From IMG/VR virus record IMGVR_UViG_3300037991_004938, positions 1 to 28,084 of that record: a stretch of 28,084 bases of DNA; one strand, written 5' to 3'. Position 1 is the stretch's first letter. Each line of letters starts with the position of its first letter. This DNA is from a virus. Lineage: Duplodnaviria > Caudoviricetes. The position numbers and the translations under genes are program-made. Of the stretch, positions 8,434 to 19,800 are shown one piece after another. The notes under the pieces were generated by a model. The model did not search any database. It saw only the letters and a program-made list of their open reading frames with translations, and was not told the DNA's origin.

Positions 8434-8841
8434 ATGGCAAGAATAATACAGAATAAATTTCCAATAGATTTACAACCTAGCAAAGCAATAGGTTTTGGGT
8501 TTCCTATAGATGGACCAGCTGTATTTATTCCAACGTTTACAACAAGAGAACAAACAAAAGCTAATTTAGTTAATTATTTACTAACAAATAAAGGGGAAAG
8601 AGTATTTAATCCAAATTTCGGAGCAGATTTAAGAAATCTATTATTTGAAAATATAGTAGAATCAACTCAAGATGATATAAAAACCCAAATACAAGATGCA
8701 ATTGGTTTATATTTTCCAACAGTTGAAATTAAAGAAATAGAATTTGTAAATGAAGCAGATAGAAATACAACAACTTTTAATCTAACATATCAAATACAAA
8801 ATTTTGGTGTAGAGGATGAAATTAATATAGAATTACAATAA
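8434..8841 (+). CDS. Baseplate wedge subunit, T4 gp25-like (GPW/gp25 family)
   Basis: NLVNYLLTNKGERVFNPNFGADLRNLLFE is the gp25 L-x-T-x-x-G-E-R-x-x-x-P-x-F-G signature; 135 aa. Confidence 0.92.
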   Translation: MARIIQNKFPIDLQPSKAIGFGFPIDGPAVFIPTFTTREQTKANLVNYLLTNKGERVFNPNFGADLRNLLFENIVESTQDDIKTQIQDAIGLYFPTVEIKEIEFVNEADRNTTTFNLTYQIQNFGVEDEINIELQ

Positions 8842-10718
8842 TGGCTCAATTAGATAGAGATATAAGATACACAGACAGAGATTTTAATACAATTAAAGCT
8901 CAATTAGAACAGTATTCAAAAACGTATTTTCCAGATACATTTAATGACTTTACTGAAACTTCTACAGGTATGCTTTTTATGGAAATGGCTGCTTATGTAG
9001 GTGATGTATTATCATTTTATCTAGATAATCAAATACAAGAAACATTTATACAAAAAGCCAGACAAACTACTAATTTATATGCTTTAGCTTATTCATTAGG
9101 TTACGTTCCAAAAGTAACAACAGTAGCTAAAGTAGATGTTGATTATTATCAACAAGTACCAGCAGTATTAAGTGCAAGTGTTTATGTTCCTGATTATAAT
9201 TATGCATTATTAGTACCAGAAAATACACAAATTACTTCTAAAAGTAACAGTAGTATAAAATTTCTAACTGAAGATGTTGTTGACTTTTCAGCTTCTAGTT
9301 CATTAGATCCTACTATAGTATCTGTTTATCAAATTGCAGCAGGTAATCCAACATATTATCTTTTAAAGAAAACAAGAAAAGCAACATCAGCTACTATTAA
9401 TACAAAATCCTTTACATTTACAAATGCAAAAAAGTTTGATACTGTAAATATAAATGATGCTAATATAATTGGGGTATTAGATGTATTTGATAGTAATGGA
9501 AATCAATGGTATGAAGTTCCAAATTTAGCACAAGAAAGTGTTTATAATTCTATTAGAAATACAAACACAAATGATCCTAATTTTATTACAGATCCAGAAG
9601 TACCTTATTTACTAGAATTAAAAGCAGTACAAAGAAGGTTTGCAACACGTTTTGTAACATCAGGTTCATTACAACTACAATTTGGAGCTGGTAGTACTAA
9701 TTCTACAACAGAAGAAATTATTCCTAATCCTGATAATGTAGGTTTAGGATTACCTTTTGATAAAACAAAACTAACAACAGCTTTTTCTCCAACTAATTTT
9801 GTATTTACAGATACTTATGGAATTGCTCCTTATAATACTACATTAACAGTAAGATATTTAACAGGTGGAGGAGCAGCTGCTAATGTAGCAGCAGGAGAAT
9901 TAACAGGAGTAGATGATACAAATGTAACATTTGTTAATCAACCTATAGTAGCAACCCCAGCAGTTACAGATACTTTAGCAAATCAAATTTTTGCTTCATT
10001 AGCAACAAATAACGAACTAGCAGCTGATGGAGGTGGTGATGGGGATACTGTAGAAGAATTAAGACAAAATGCTTTAGGAAACTTCCAAAATCAGTTAAGA
10101 ACTGTAACCACTCAAGATTATTTGGTTAGAGCTTTATCTATGCCAGCTAACTTAGGTGTTATAGCTAAAGCACATGCTGAACCACAAAAGATAGGAGATT
10201 ACCAATCAGGGGAACTCCCATCAGTACTAGATTTATATGTTTTATCTTATGATATAAATAGAAGATTAAGAACAGCTTCTAATACTTTAAAAAGAAATTT
10301 ACAAACATATTTATCTGAATATAGAATGATTAATGATTCGATTAATATTAAAGATGCTTATATTATTAATATAGGTATTGATTTTGAAATTGTAGTTAAT
10401 CCTAATTTTAATAATAGTGAAACATTAACGGCTTGTATTAATGCTTTACAAAACTATTTTCAAATAGATAAGTGGCAAATAAATGAACCTATTATATTAA
10501 AAAATATAACAGTATTATTAAGCCAAGTAACAGGGGTACAAATTGTAAAAAATATAATAATTAAAAATCTAACAGGAGTAAGTTTAGGATATAGTGATTT
10601 TGCTTATGATACCCAAGCGGCTACTATAAATGATGTAGTTTATCCATCTATAGATCCAATGGTATTTGAAGTTAAATATCCTAATCAAGATATACTAGGT
10701 AGAGTAGTACCAATATAA
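8841..10718 (+). CDS. Baseplate wedge subunit, T4 gp6 / baseplate J-like
   Basis: DFNTIK..L...FNDF...GMLFMEMAAYVGDVLSFYLD..IQETFI..A; LQFG; GGGDGDTVEELR...QLRTVT.QDY; TAATG-coupled to the gp25-like gene. Confidence 0.9.
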   Translation: MAQLDRDIRYTDRDFNTIKAQLEQYSKTYFPDTFNDFTETSTGMLFMEMAAYVGDVLSFYLDNQIQETFIQKARQTTNLYALAYSLGYVPKVTTVAKVDVDYYQQVPAVLSASVYVPDYNYALLVPENTQITSKSNSSIKFLTEDVVDFSASSSLDPTIVSVYQIAAGNPTYYLLKKTRKATSATINTKSFTFTNAKKFDTVNINDANIIGVLDVFDSNGNQWYEVPNLAQESVYNSIRNTNTNDPNFITDPEVPYLLELKAVQRRFATRFVTSGSLQLQFGAGSTNSTTEEIIPNPDNVGLGLPFDKTKLTTAFSPTNFVFTDTYGIAPYNTTLTVRYLTGGGAAANVAAGELTGVDDTNVTFVNQPIVATPAVTDTLANQIFASLATNNELAADGGGDGDTVEELRQNALGNFQNQLRTVTTQDYLVRALSMPANLGVIAKAHAEPQKIGDYQSGELPSVLDLYVLSYDINRRLRTASNTLKRNLQTYLSEYRMINDSINIKDAYIINIGIDFEIVVNPNFNNSETLTACINALQNYFQIDKWQINEPIILKNITVLLSQVTGVQIVKNIIIKNLTGVSLGYSDFAYDTQAATINDVVYPSIDPMVFEVKYPNQDILGRVVPI

Positions 10719-10728
10719 TAATTAAAAA

Positions 10729-13335
10729 ATGGCAAATAGAAAAATATTCCCTTTAAAAGATGCTTCATTATATACTTTCTCCCAAAGTTTAAATACGGGG
10801 TTAGATGAAATATTAGAAGCTACTACTGTTATTCAAAATGACTCTCCAGAAGTAAGTAGATATGTGCTTAAATTTTCTCAAGATGAAATAAATAGTTGGG
10901 TTACTTCTAGTGTATCAGGTTCAGTTACAGGTACAACAGCTGGGGTTATGGTACTTAAAGATCCTAATTTAGTAAGACCAGAATCATATGAAAATTTTGA
11001 AACAAAAGGACTATCATATCCAACAAGTTCTAGAAATAGATTTAATGCTATAGTAGAGCCATTATACTCAGGTAGTCAAAACCCAAATGAACCTATATAT
11101 GCAAATGGAAATGGAACAGGTTTACAACTTTATTTACAGACAGGAGCATCATATTTTAAACCAGGTGTTAGTTTAAGTGCTTCAATAGCAACAAGTAATG
11201 CAGGTGGTCAACCAGCTGATAATGGTTGTAAAATGACAGCTCCAGACGGTAATTATGGTCCATTTGCATTTAATAGAGGTGCAACAGGAAATTTAGTAGC
11301 AGATACACAAGGTGCAACAGTAACACTTGTAGTTAAAAATAATAGGTTTGAAGATGCTTTTGTAGGAACAACGGCGCTAACATCAGGTGCTCAATTGTTT
11401 GGAACAGATACAACTGAAGGTGCTACTCCTTCATATGGAGAATCTAACGCAGCAACAATGACTGTTTTAGCTTCAGATTTAATAGCTGCAGGAATACAAC
11501 TTGAGTCAGGTGGGTTAGTTGCAGGTCAAAATGTTTTTAGTATAACAGGAGGAGCAGCAAAAACAGCAATAGGTAATGTAACAGGACCATTTGAACTTGA
11601 TTTAAGTGCAGCTGGAGTTACTGTAACTGGTGGTACGCAACAAACAGGTAATGGTGGGGCTGTAACACTAACAGGTGATGGAGCTGGTAATTTATCAGCA
11701 GCTACAATACCTAGTCTTGGACAAGGTCAACAATATGTAGTTGGTAATGTAATAACAATTCCACAAGCTAATTTAATAGCAGCTGGTTTTACAGGTGCTG
11801 TAGGTGTATTAACACTTACTTTAGCAGCAAGTAACGTAACTGCAGACGTAGCTAATAATGATGTTACATTTAATAATGGATTTAGTAATTTAGATGATGA
11901 TTGGGGTGTATTTCCAATTGTTACTTTATCAGCAAATTATGATCCTAAATTATCAAGAGGTAAAGGATATAAATTTTCAGATAGATTATATATTCCATCA
12001 CAATCATTTCATGGATCAGATGATTATTATTTTGAATTAGATAAAGTAAATGCAGGAGATGGTTCAGATACTTTTGAACCAGTTGAACACCAAATTACAA
12101 TGGATAATTATGCCGCTGTAGTTACTGGTTTAGGAATGGATCAAAATTTAAAAATATACCCAGTTTCAGGAAGTTGGAATATGGGAACAGGAAAATATAA
12201 TAACTACCCAGTTACTACTGATGGTGTAAGTTGGAAATTTAGAAATTACTCAGGTTCAGCAGCAGAAGGAGCAATTAAATGGGCAGAATCAGGGGCTATG
12301 ACTACTTCAGCTGACCAACAAATAATATCTACAACAGTCGGTACTGCAGTTGGTTCGTTAACTAATATAGCAGGAAACGGTAGTAGAGGAGGAACAGGAG
12401 CACAGTTTACAATAACAACAACAGGAGCACAATTTACAATAACAACAGTAACTTGTACTACAGCAGGAACAGGATATATACCAGGAGATACAATAACAAT
12501 AGCAGCAGCAGACTTAACTGGTGGGGCAATAGGAACAGTAACAACTGATTTAGTATTTAAAGTTACTACAGTTGATGGTTTTGGAGCTTTTTCTGAGGCA
12601 TCATATTCAGGATCAGATGTAGCTGGAGGAGGAAATTGGTATACAGGATCAAATGTAGGATTAGATGTAATACAAGAAAGAGTATTTAGTTATGGATCTG
12701 GAATTGATATAGAAGTAGATGTAACTGATACTGTAAAAACATGGTATACTTATTCTTTAGCATCTAGTACAAAAGGATTTCCTAATGATGGATTTTTAGT
12801 TAAACAATCTAGTTCAAGAGAATTTGTAGATAATAGAAATTTCCAGTCTACATTTAGATACTTCTCAGTAGATACAAATACAATATATCCACCAGCGTTA
12901 AATCTAAAATGGAATGACTATTGTTTTGCTACAGGATCAACTAACCAATCCGTATTAAACACACAAGAATCATTTGTTAATATTTACAATAATGCAGGTA
13001 CATATTATTCTGAAAGTGTAGCTAGAATGAGAATAGCAGCAATACCAAAATACCCAGATGTAGTTTTCCAAACAGCTTCGTTATATACTAATAACCATTA
13101 CTTACCATATACATCTTCATTCTATGCAATTAAAGACACAGATACAAATATGTTTGTGGTTCCTTTTAGTGATCCTTATACTAAAATAAGTGCAGATGAT
13201 ATATCAAGTTATTTTGATGTATATATGGCTGGATTGGAACCTGAAAGAAATTATACTATACTAATTAAGTCCACTGTAGGTGGAACAGTAAAAGTATTTG
13301 ATGAAGATATAATGTTTAAAGTAATTAATGGATAA
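10729..13335 (+). CDS. Virion/baseplate protein (868 aa): DNRLRE-like beta-sandwich core interrupted by G-x-G-Y-x-x-G-D modules
   Basis: Core motifs KDASLY..NTG.DEILE, SRYVLKF, YPVSGSWNMGTG, DVTDTVKTW, NDGFLVK, FSVDTNTIYPP.L resemble DNRLRE/CBM96-type domains. Gly/Thr/Ala-rich inserts at about 10930-12080 and 12290-12575. Confidence 0.6.
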   Translation: MANRKIFPLKDASLYTFSQSLNTGLDEILEATTVIQNDSPEVSRYVLKFSQDEINSWVTSSVSGSVTGTTAGVMVLKDPNLVRPESYENFETKGLSYPTSSRNRFNAIVEPLYSGSQNPNEPIYANGNGTGLQLYLQTGASYFKPGVSLSASIATSNAGGQPADNGCKMTAPDGNYGPFAFNRGATGNLVADTQGATVTLVVKNNRFEDAFVGTTALTSGAQLFGTDTTEGATPSYGESNAATMTVLASDLIAAGIQLESGGLVAGQNVFSITGGAAKTAIGNVTGPFELDLSAAGVTVTGGTQQTGNGGAVTLTGDGAGNLSAATIPSLGQGQQYVVGNVITIPQANLIAAGFTGAVGVLTLTLAASNVTADVANNDVTFNNGFSNLDDDWGVFPIVTLSANYDPKLSRGKGYKFSDRLYIPSQSFHGSDDYYFELDKVNAGDGSDTFEPVEHQITMDNYAAVVTGLGMDQNLKIYPVSGSWNMGTGKYNNYPVTTDGVSWKFRNYSGSAAEGAIKWAESGAMTTSADQQIISTTVGTAVGSLTNIAGNGSRGGTGAQFTITTTGAQFTITTVTCTTAGTGYIPGDTITIAAADLTGGAIGTVTTDLVFKVTTVDGFGAFSEASYSGSDVAGGGNWYTGSNVGLDVIQERVFSYGSGIDIEVDVTDTVKTWYTYSLASSTKGFPNDGFLVKQSSSREFVDNRNFQSTFRYFSVDTNTIYPPALNLKWNDYCFATGSTNQSVLNTQESFVNIYNNAGTYYSESVARMRIAAIPKYPDVVFQTASLYTNNHYLPYTSSFYAIKDTDTNMFVVPFSDPYTKISADDISSYFDVYMAGLEPERNYTILIKSTVGGTVKVFDEDIMFKVING
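12394..12447 (+). repeat. 27-bp in-frame tandem duplication (TGAQFTITT x2)
   Basis: ACAGGAGCACAGTTTACAATAACAACA (12394-12420) and ACAGGAGCACAATTTACAATAACAACA (12421-12447); one synonymous difference. Confidence 0.95.
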
Positions 13336-13835
13336 TGGCTTACGGAAGTAATAATACACAAAATAAACCACAAGAGTCACCTTTAAAACCTCAACCAGGT
13401 AAAGCTCTTCCTGAGTCACCAGCTAGGTTTAAAGCACCTCCTGCCCTACCAGGTGAAGAAGTAACTTTGGTAAGAGAGGCTTTTAATAGAAAACAGTTTA
13501 ATGATACTGTAAACACTCAATTTACAGAATTAGGAGTAGGTACTCCACCAGATTTAGCTAATTTTGATCCTAGCTTGGCTACTGTAGGAGACTTTTTTAC
13601 TATATATCAATCCTTATTTTTTCAAATACCAAAAGAAGGTGATGTTAATTCACATTTATTTTTAATAAAAGAAAGTAGTGAATATTTAAATTATAGGGCT
13701 CAACAGGAGGAAATAGAAGCATTGTTAGAAGAAATATCAGATTTAAGACAACAAAATTTAGATTTAGTAGAGGATTTATCAAACGTATCAAATGAATTAG
13801 CTGAAGCATTAGCTCAAGTAGAAACAAATACATAA
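13335..13835 (+). CDS. Hypothetical structural protein (166 aa): Pro-rich N-terminus, C-terminal coiled coil
   Basis: TAATG-coupled at both ends; EEIEALLEEISDLRQQNLDL heptads. Confidence 0.8.
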   Translation: MAYGSNNTQNKPQESPLKPQPGKALPESPARFKAPPALPGEEVTLVREAFNRKQFNDTVNTQFTELGVGTPPDLANFDPSLATVGDFFTIYQSLFFQIPKEGDVNSHLFLIKESSEYLNYRAQQEEIEALLEEISDLRQQNLDLVEDLSNVSNELAEALAQVETNT

Positions 13836-16800
13836 TGGCAGATAACATAACATATTCTTCCTCAGTTGAAATAGTAACTCCTGGGTCCATTTTTGAAGAT
13901 GGATATGAGTTAACTAATCAAACTGTTATTGAAAGTCAGGAGTATGAAGGATCTTTTACTCCAGAGGTTAATACTATGGAATTTTATATTTATGATGCTA
14001 ATAAAAATATAATCTATTCTGACTATGATTTTCAAGGTTATTATGTAGAATCAAATTCTAAACCATCATCTTCATTTAATGTTAAAACACAACAAACTGA
14101 AGTAAAAACAAATGAGGTTAATTTAGATCCTGAAAGTGATATAGCTGCACAAGGATTTAATAATGGTATGTTATATGGTGTATATAATTTTATTAATTTA
14201 GAATTAGCATCCTCATTATCAAGACCGTATTATTTAGCAGAAATATCATCAGATAGAACAGAAATAAGACTTAAATCTAATCTTATCCCTACAAGGGAAA
14301 TGAAATCTTCATTTGTAAGTCTAAACCAAAGAATACAAGACCCTAGCTATTTTGATGAAATTTATGTTTCATTTGGTAATAATGATTATCATATAGGAGT
14401 AAATATGAAGTATGATGATAGTGTATCTAATTCTTCAACACAAGAAACTGGAAACGTAAAGTCAGGAAATGCAGTAGGACAATCCTCTATATTAATTAAA
14501 CTATATGATCCTCTACCTAATAAATTTAACTTATTAGATGAATTATATGTTTGTACTAAAACAGCAGAAACACAAGCTTATTTAGTAAATTTTGTTAATG
14601 ATTTTTCTCAAAATGTAGTTGATAATATTATTAATTTAAGAGGACCTAATTCAAATTTAAAAATAAATGAATTTGTTAATGGTGCTTCTGATTTTCAAAG
14701 TAAAGATAGTTTATTATCTACTAAATCAACAGGATCTAAAGATCAATTATTAAATAGATTAGCACAAAAAGGAGTAACTTTAGAGGTAAATTATTCAACA
14801 GCATCATTTGCAGATTATGTTAATTTTTCTTCTGCAAAATCTCAAGTAAGTAATTTTGTAGAAAAAGTATCTAGAATACAAGCATATGAAGCTGATATAG
14901 CCACAATAACTAAAACAACGGGTTCTAATCCTGGTGTTCCACAAATATCGGAAAGTTTAGCTACATTATATACTAAAATAGAAAATGAAATAACAGCATT
15001 CTCAGGATTTGATTATTATCAATATTATTCAACATCATCAGATGCTTATCCAAAAACAGGATCAGTATTTCCTTTACAGTTATTACCTACACAATCAACA
15101 TCAGCTCAAGATTGGATTTTCTTAGCTGAGGCATCAGCATCTAGATATGATGAAGATAATCAAAATTGGTTGTATTATACCATCCCAGATTTTATAAAAA
15201 ATAATACTTCAAATAATAATTATTTAGAATTTGTAAACATGATTGGTCAATCTTTTGATGAATTATGGATGTATACAAAAGCAATAGCAGAAAAAAATAA
15301 CACAACAAACCAATTTGATAAAGGTGTTCCTTTACAATTGGCAGATGATGTTATTACCTCTTTAGGTTATACAGGTTATGGGAATAATTATAATAATCAA
15401 GATAACTTTTTTGCTTTAATTGGTAGTAATGATGGTAGTTATGTTCCACCAACAGGAAGTGAGTTAATCACACAATATATAGCAGTAAATGGACCTGGAG
15501 GAGTAATAAACTATTGGTCGGATTTTTATTCATTTGATAATTATGTTGAATCACTTGAAGATTTTGGTTTCCCATATCCAATTGATAAAGTTAGTAAAGA
15601 AATATTTAAACGTCTTTATCATAACATGGCTTATCTTGTTAAAAAGAAAGGTACCATATCAGGTTTAAGACAATTAATTAATATATGGGGTATACCAAGT
15701 ACAATATTAAGAATAAATGAATTTGGAGGTAAAAATAAGGATGAAATTGATGATTATGATTTATGGTATAGAAGATATAGTTATGCTTTTAAACCAGTAC
15801 CAGTAAATACTCATTATGCAAGTGCTTCATTTAGAGCACCTTGGCAACCTTTAACTAGAAATTACATAGCAGAAACTGAATACGTTGTACCTGATGGTAT
15901 AGGATTTAGGTTTAAAACAACAGGTTATCCATCTTCATCATATGCTGGTTTATTTAATACACAATCATTATTTGTAAAAAAATCTCAAACAGCTGATACA
16001 GATGTAGCTGACTTTGGTATTGTATTATATTATACAGGCTCAGTATCAGGATCAGGAGCAGGTAACACAGGACCAACTTATAGTGGAGGTTCTTCAAGTG
16101 CTTATAAAGATTATGGTGAAATGAGATTCTTAATATCGGGATCAGTAGCTGGAGGAGGTACCGCAATATCAGAACCTATTTATTTACCATTCTTTGATAA
16201 AGGGTGGTGGTCTGTATTATTACAAAGAGATCAACATCCAAATGTTACTACTAAAAATTTAGATACTACTTATACTTTATATGCTAAAAATAAAATATAT
16301 GATGGAGCTGATGGTAATCAAATAGGATTTCAAGGATCAGCTAGTATAACAGTTAATGCTTCTAGTGGGGATTCTTCATCACTAAATTATGCTTGGAATA
16401 GATTTGTAGCTACTAATGATGTAGCTGGAGGTTATTTAGGTGGGTGGGGTAGTACTATGGCATCTGGAGAATCAGGTAGTATTGGAACAGTTACAAAAAC
16501 TGCAGCTGATTCAAATATAGCAATTGGACTATCAGGTAAAAACTTTTCAGGATCATTCCAAGAATTCAGGTATTATTCACATGATATAAGCGAATCTGTA
16601 TTTAATGATTTTGTAATGAACCCAGAGTCAATTGAGGGTAATTTTATAACAGGGTCAGAGTCATCATTTGATATAGTAAACTTTAGAGCACCACTAGGTA
16701 ATGAATTAGAAAACCTATTTACAGCTTCACAAACAGCAGGTTATACAGACGTACTAACATCAGTACATCCTGCTATAACAGGTTCTTCACCATTAACAGT

Positions 16801-19800
16801 AACATCTTCATTTATAAACCCTGCTAATTCAACAGTAACATCTAGTTATGATATAATTTATAATACTAATACAGCAAGAAGAACTTATAGTGAAATAAAT
16901 AGAGAGACTTATTTCCTAGATCAACCTTCTATTGGGATTAGAAATAGAGTAAGTAATAAAATAAAATATTCTACTAATTTAAATTTTGGTAATGTATTAT
17001 CAAATCAAGTTAGTATACAACAAGATCCACCTATAAGCCAAAGTTATACTGACAATATTAATTTATTAGAAGTAGCATTTTCACCTACAGATGAGGTAAA
17101 TGATGATATAATTCAATCTTTAGGTTATGGAGCTATACAAGAAGTTATTGCAGATCCTAGATTTAGATCTCAGTCAGATTACAATTATCCAGGGTTACAA
17201 GAAATTGCAAAAGATTACTTTAAAAAATATTATAATAGTAATACATTTGATTATTTAAGATTAATTAAATACTTTGATGATTCATTATTTAGAGCGATTA
17301 AGAACTATGTACCTGCTCGTACAAGTGTGTCTACAGGTATTGTAATTAAACAAAACATGCTTGAACGTAGCAGATACCGAGAGCCGCAAGTTGACATAGT
17401 TACTACACAATCCTACGCACCTTTTAATCAAGCATTAACAGCTAAAAACTTAGAATTAACAGGATCAGTTAATACAAATCAATTATGGGATCCTGTAAAC
17501 CAAACAACATTTTACTCTGCTTCTGATCCTTATACATTTAGTGGTGGAGCTGGAGGAAGTGTTAATACTTACAATACAATATCTGAAGGTGGAGCATTTT
17601 TAATAACTGAAGGTGATAATTTTACTTTAACAGCAGGTGCAGACCCAGTATCTATACTTGAGTCTACCCCTACTACTGAAACATCAAATAATGTAGTATT
17701 AGTAGATTCAGGATTTGATGAAGGAACAGCAACATCAGTACTTAAATTTACTGTATTAGGAGGTGGTAATGCAACAGGAAATGCTTTATATGCAATTTCA
17801 ATCGAAGATTATACAGGCACAACAGTAAGTTATGCTGGTGTTACTAATGCTGCTCTTCAAGATCAAGTAGATAATGGGTTTACATGTTGGTTAGCTACAG
17901 GTGATGCTCAATCAAAAGCATTAGCTTTTACACAAGCAGTTAATTCAGCTAATGGACAGGGAACAGGTGGATCAGGTACAATAGTTACTTCTATTTCTAC
18001 AACTACAAATACTGATGATACTGTAACTCTTACACAAGGTATACCTGGTACAGCTGGAAATACAGTTTCACCTAGTATAGGAATTTCACTTGCTAGTTTA
18101 GTAGGAAACCCAGGTGGTACATTTTCAAACGTTGGTGGTGGTACTAGTAGATTTGAAAAAGTATTTTTAAATGCTCTTAAATCAGTACAAACTCCTTTAT
18201 ATATAGATTATTTATTTACTAGTGCTCCAACAAGTGCTAATATAACAATTCAAGCTTCTTCAAGTTTAAGAGGTGTAGTAATGACTAATACTACAAATTA
18301 TACAGCACAAGACCCAGCAGGTGCAATTTTAGAATCTTCTTTATTTGATTTACACCCAGGAGAAGATATGTATTTATTAGCTTCATCAGATGAAACAGTT
18401 ACAATTAATACTTATACACTAGCATTAGGTGAAAGTACAACATTAATACCAGATAATGACACACCACCTCAATCACAACAAGGTTACTTTACTTTTACTA
18501 CAACATCATTAGGTATAGATACTGCTTGGGATCCATATCAAGAACAATTTTATAATGGAGAATATAGTGGTAGTGAAGTAACAGTTGAAGCAAGAACTCC
18601 TTACAACCCTTATAGAAAAGTAAAACCTAATTCAACTAATTTTAATAATATTATAAATGATAATACTAGAACTTATGTATCACAAAGTTCCCCAACTACG
18701 AATGGAACAGTACTAGCTTTATCAATAGTAACAGGAGGTTCAGGTTATACAACAGGAGGACCAGCTACAACAACATTTATTTCAGGACCATCTGCCGATA
18801 TAGGAGTAACTCCATCAGGTTGTACAGTAGGTATAACAGCACCAATAGGAGTTGTTACTGCCGTTAGTATTGTTGCAGCAGGAACAAATTATTTAGTTGG
18901 TGATATTTTACGAATAAATGCTGGTGGACTTAGTGCTACTGTACAAGTTACTAGTATTATACCTTTTTCAAATATAACAGCTCAAGGATTTGAATTTGAT
19001 AATTCTTCATTTAGTACAAATATTAGATTAAGTAATTTATTTTCACAATCAATTATACCATATCAAAATTATGAACTAACATTTGATATAACAACAACAG
19101 CTCATACAGGTACGAATAAGGCTGGAATTAATGGGTTTAATACATTTATTGATTCTAACGGGGTAACTAAAAGTAAAAGAAATGGTATAGGATTTTTAAA
19201 TCCAACTATTGCTGGTACTACTACAGGTGGTGCAACATTAACAGATGCTGATGCTACAATTATTGGTATAACAGGAACAGGTACTGCAGCTATAACAGCT
19301 TCATTTGAAGGATTAAATTTTACACCTGTAGATGGAGTTAATCCAAATGAATATTTAGGAGCTATGTTTGATGCTCAAAGTGGAATGGTTGGAACTGTAT
19401 CTAATTTACAACTTAAAGGTATAGGTGGTCTTTATGATGATCCTCGTGCTGCAATTTTCTTTACACAACAAGATGAAGGATATAATAATCAAGCAGATTA
19501 TCAAAACATGTCAAATGTTGATGCCCAAGGAAATACTATATCACCTATAAACTTAGTTGAAAATACACAAAGTGTAATATATGCTAATTCAGATTACAAT
19601 CCATTAAGTAATAATGTAACCATAAATAGAAGTAGTAGTTATAGATATGTACTTTCATATGGTGCTACTCAATCATGTCCTAATAATTTTGATTTAGTAG
19701 TAACACAATCTTATTTCCCTACATCACCTTCAGGAACATTCCCTGAAAGAGCTGATGTACCTGACAGTAATTATACTATGCCTAGTAGTGTTAATTCTAG

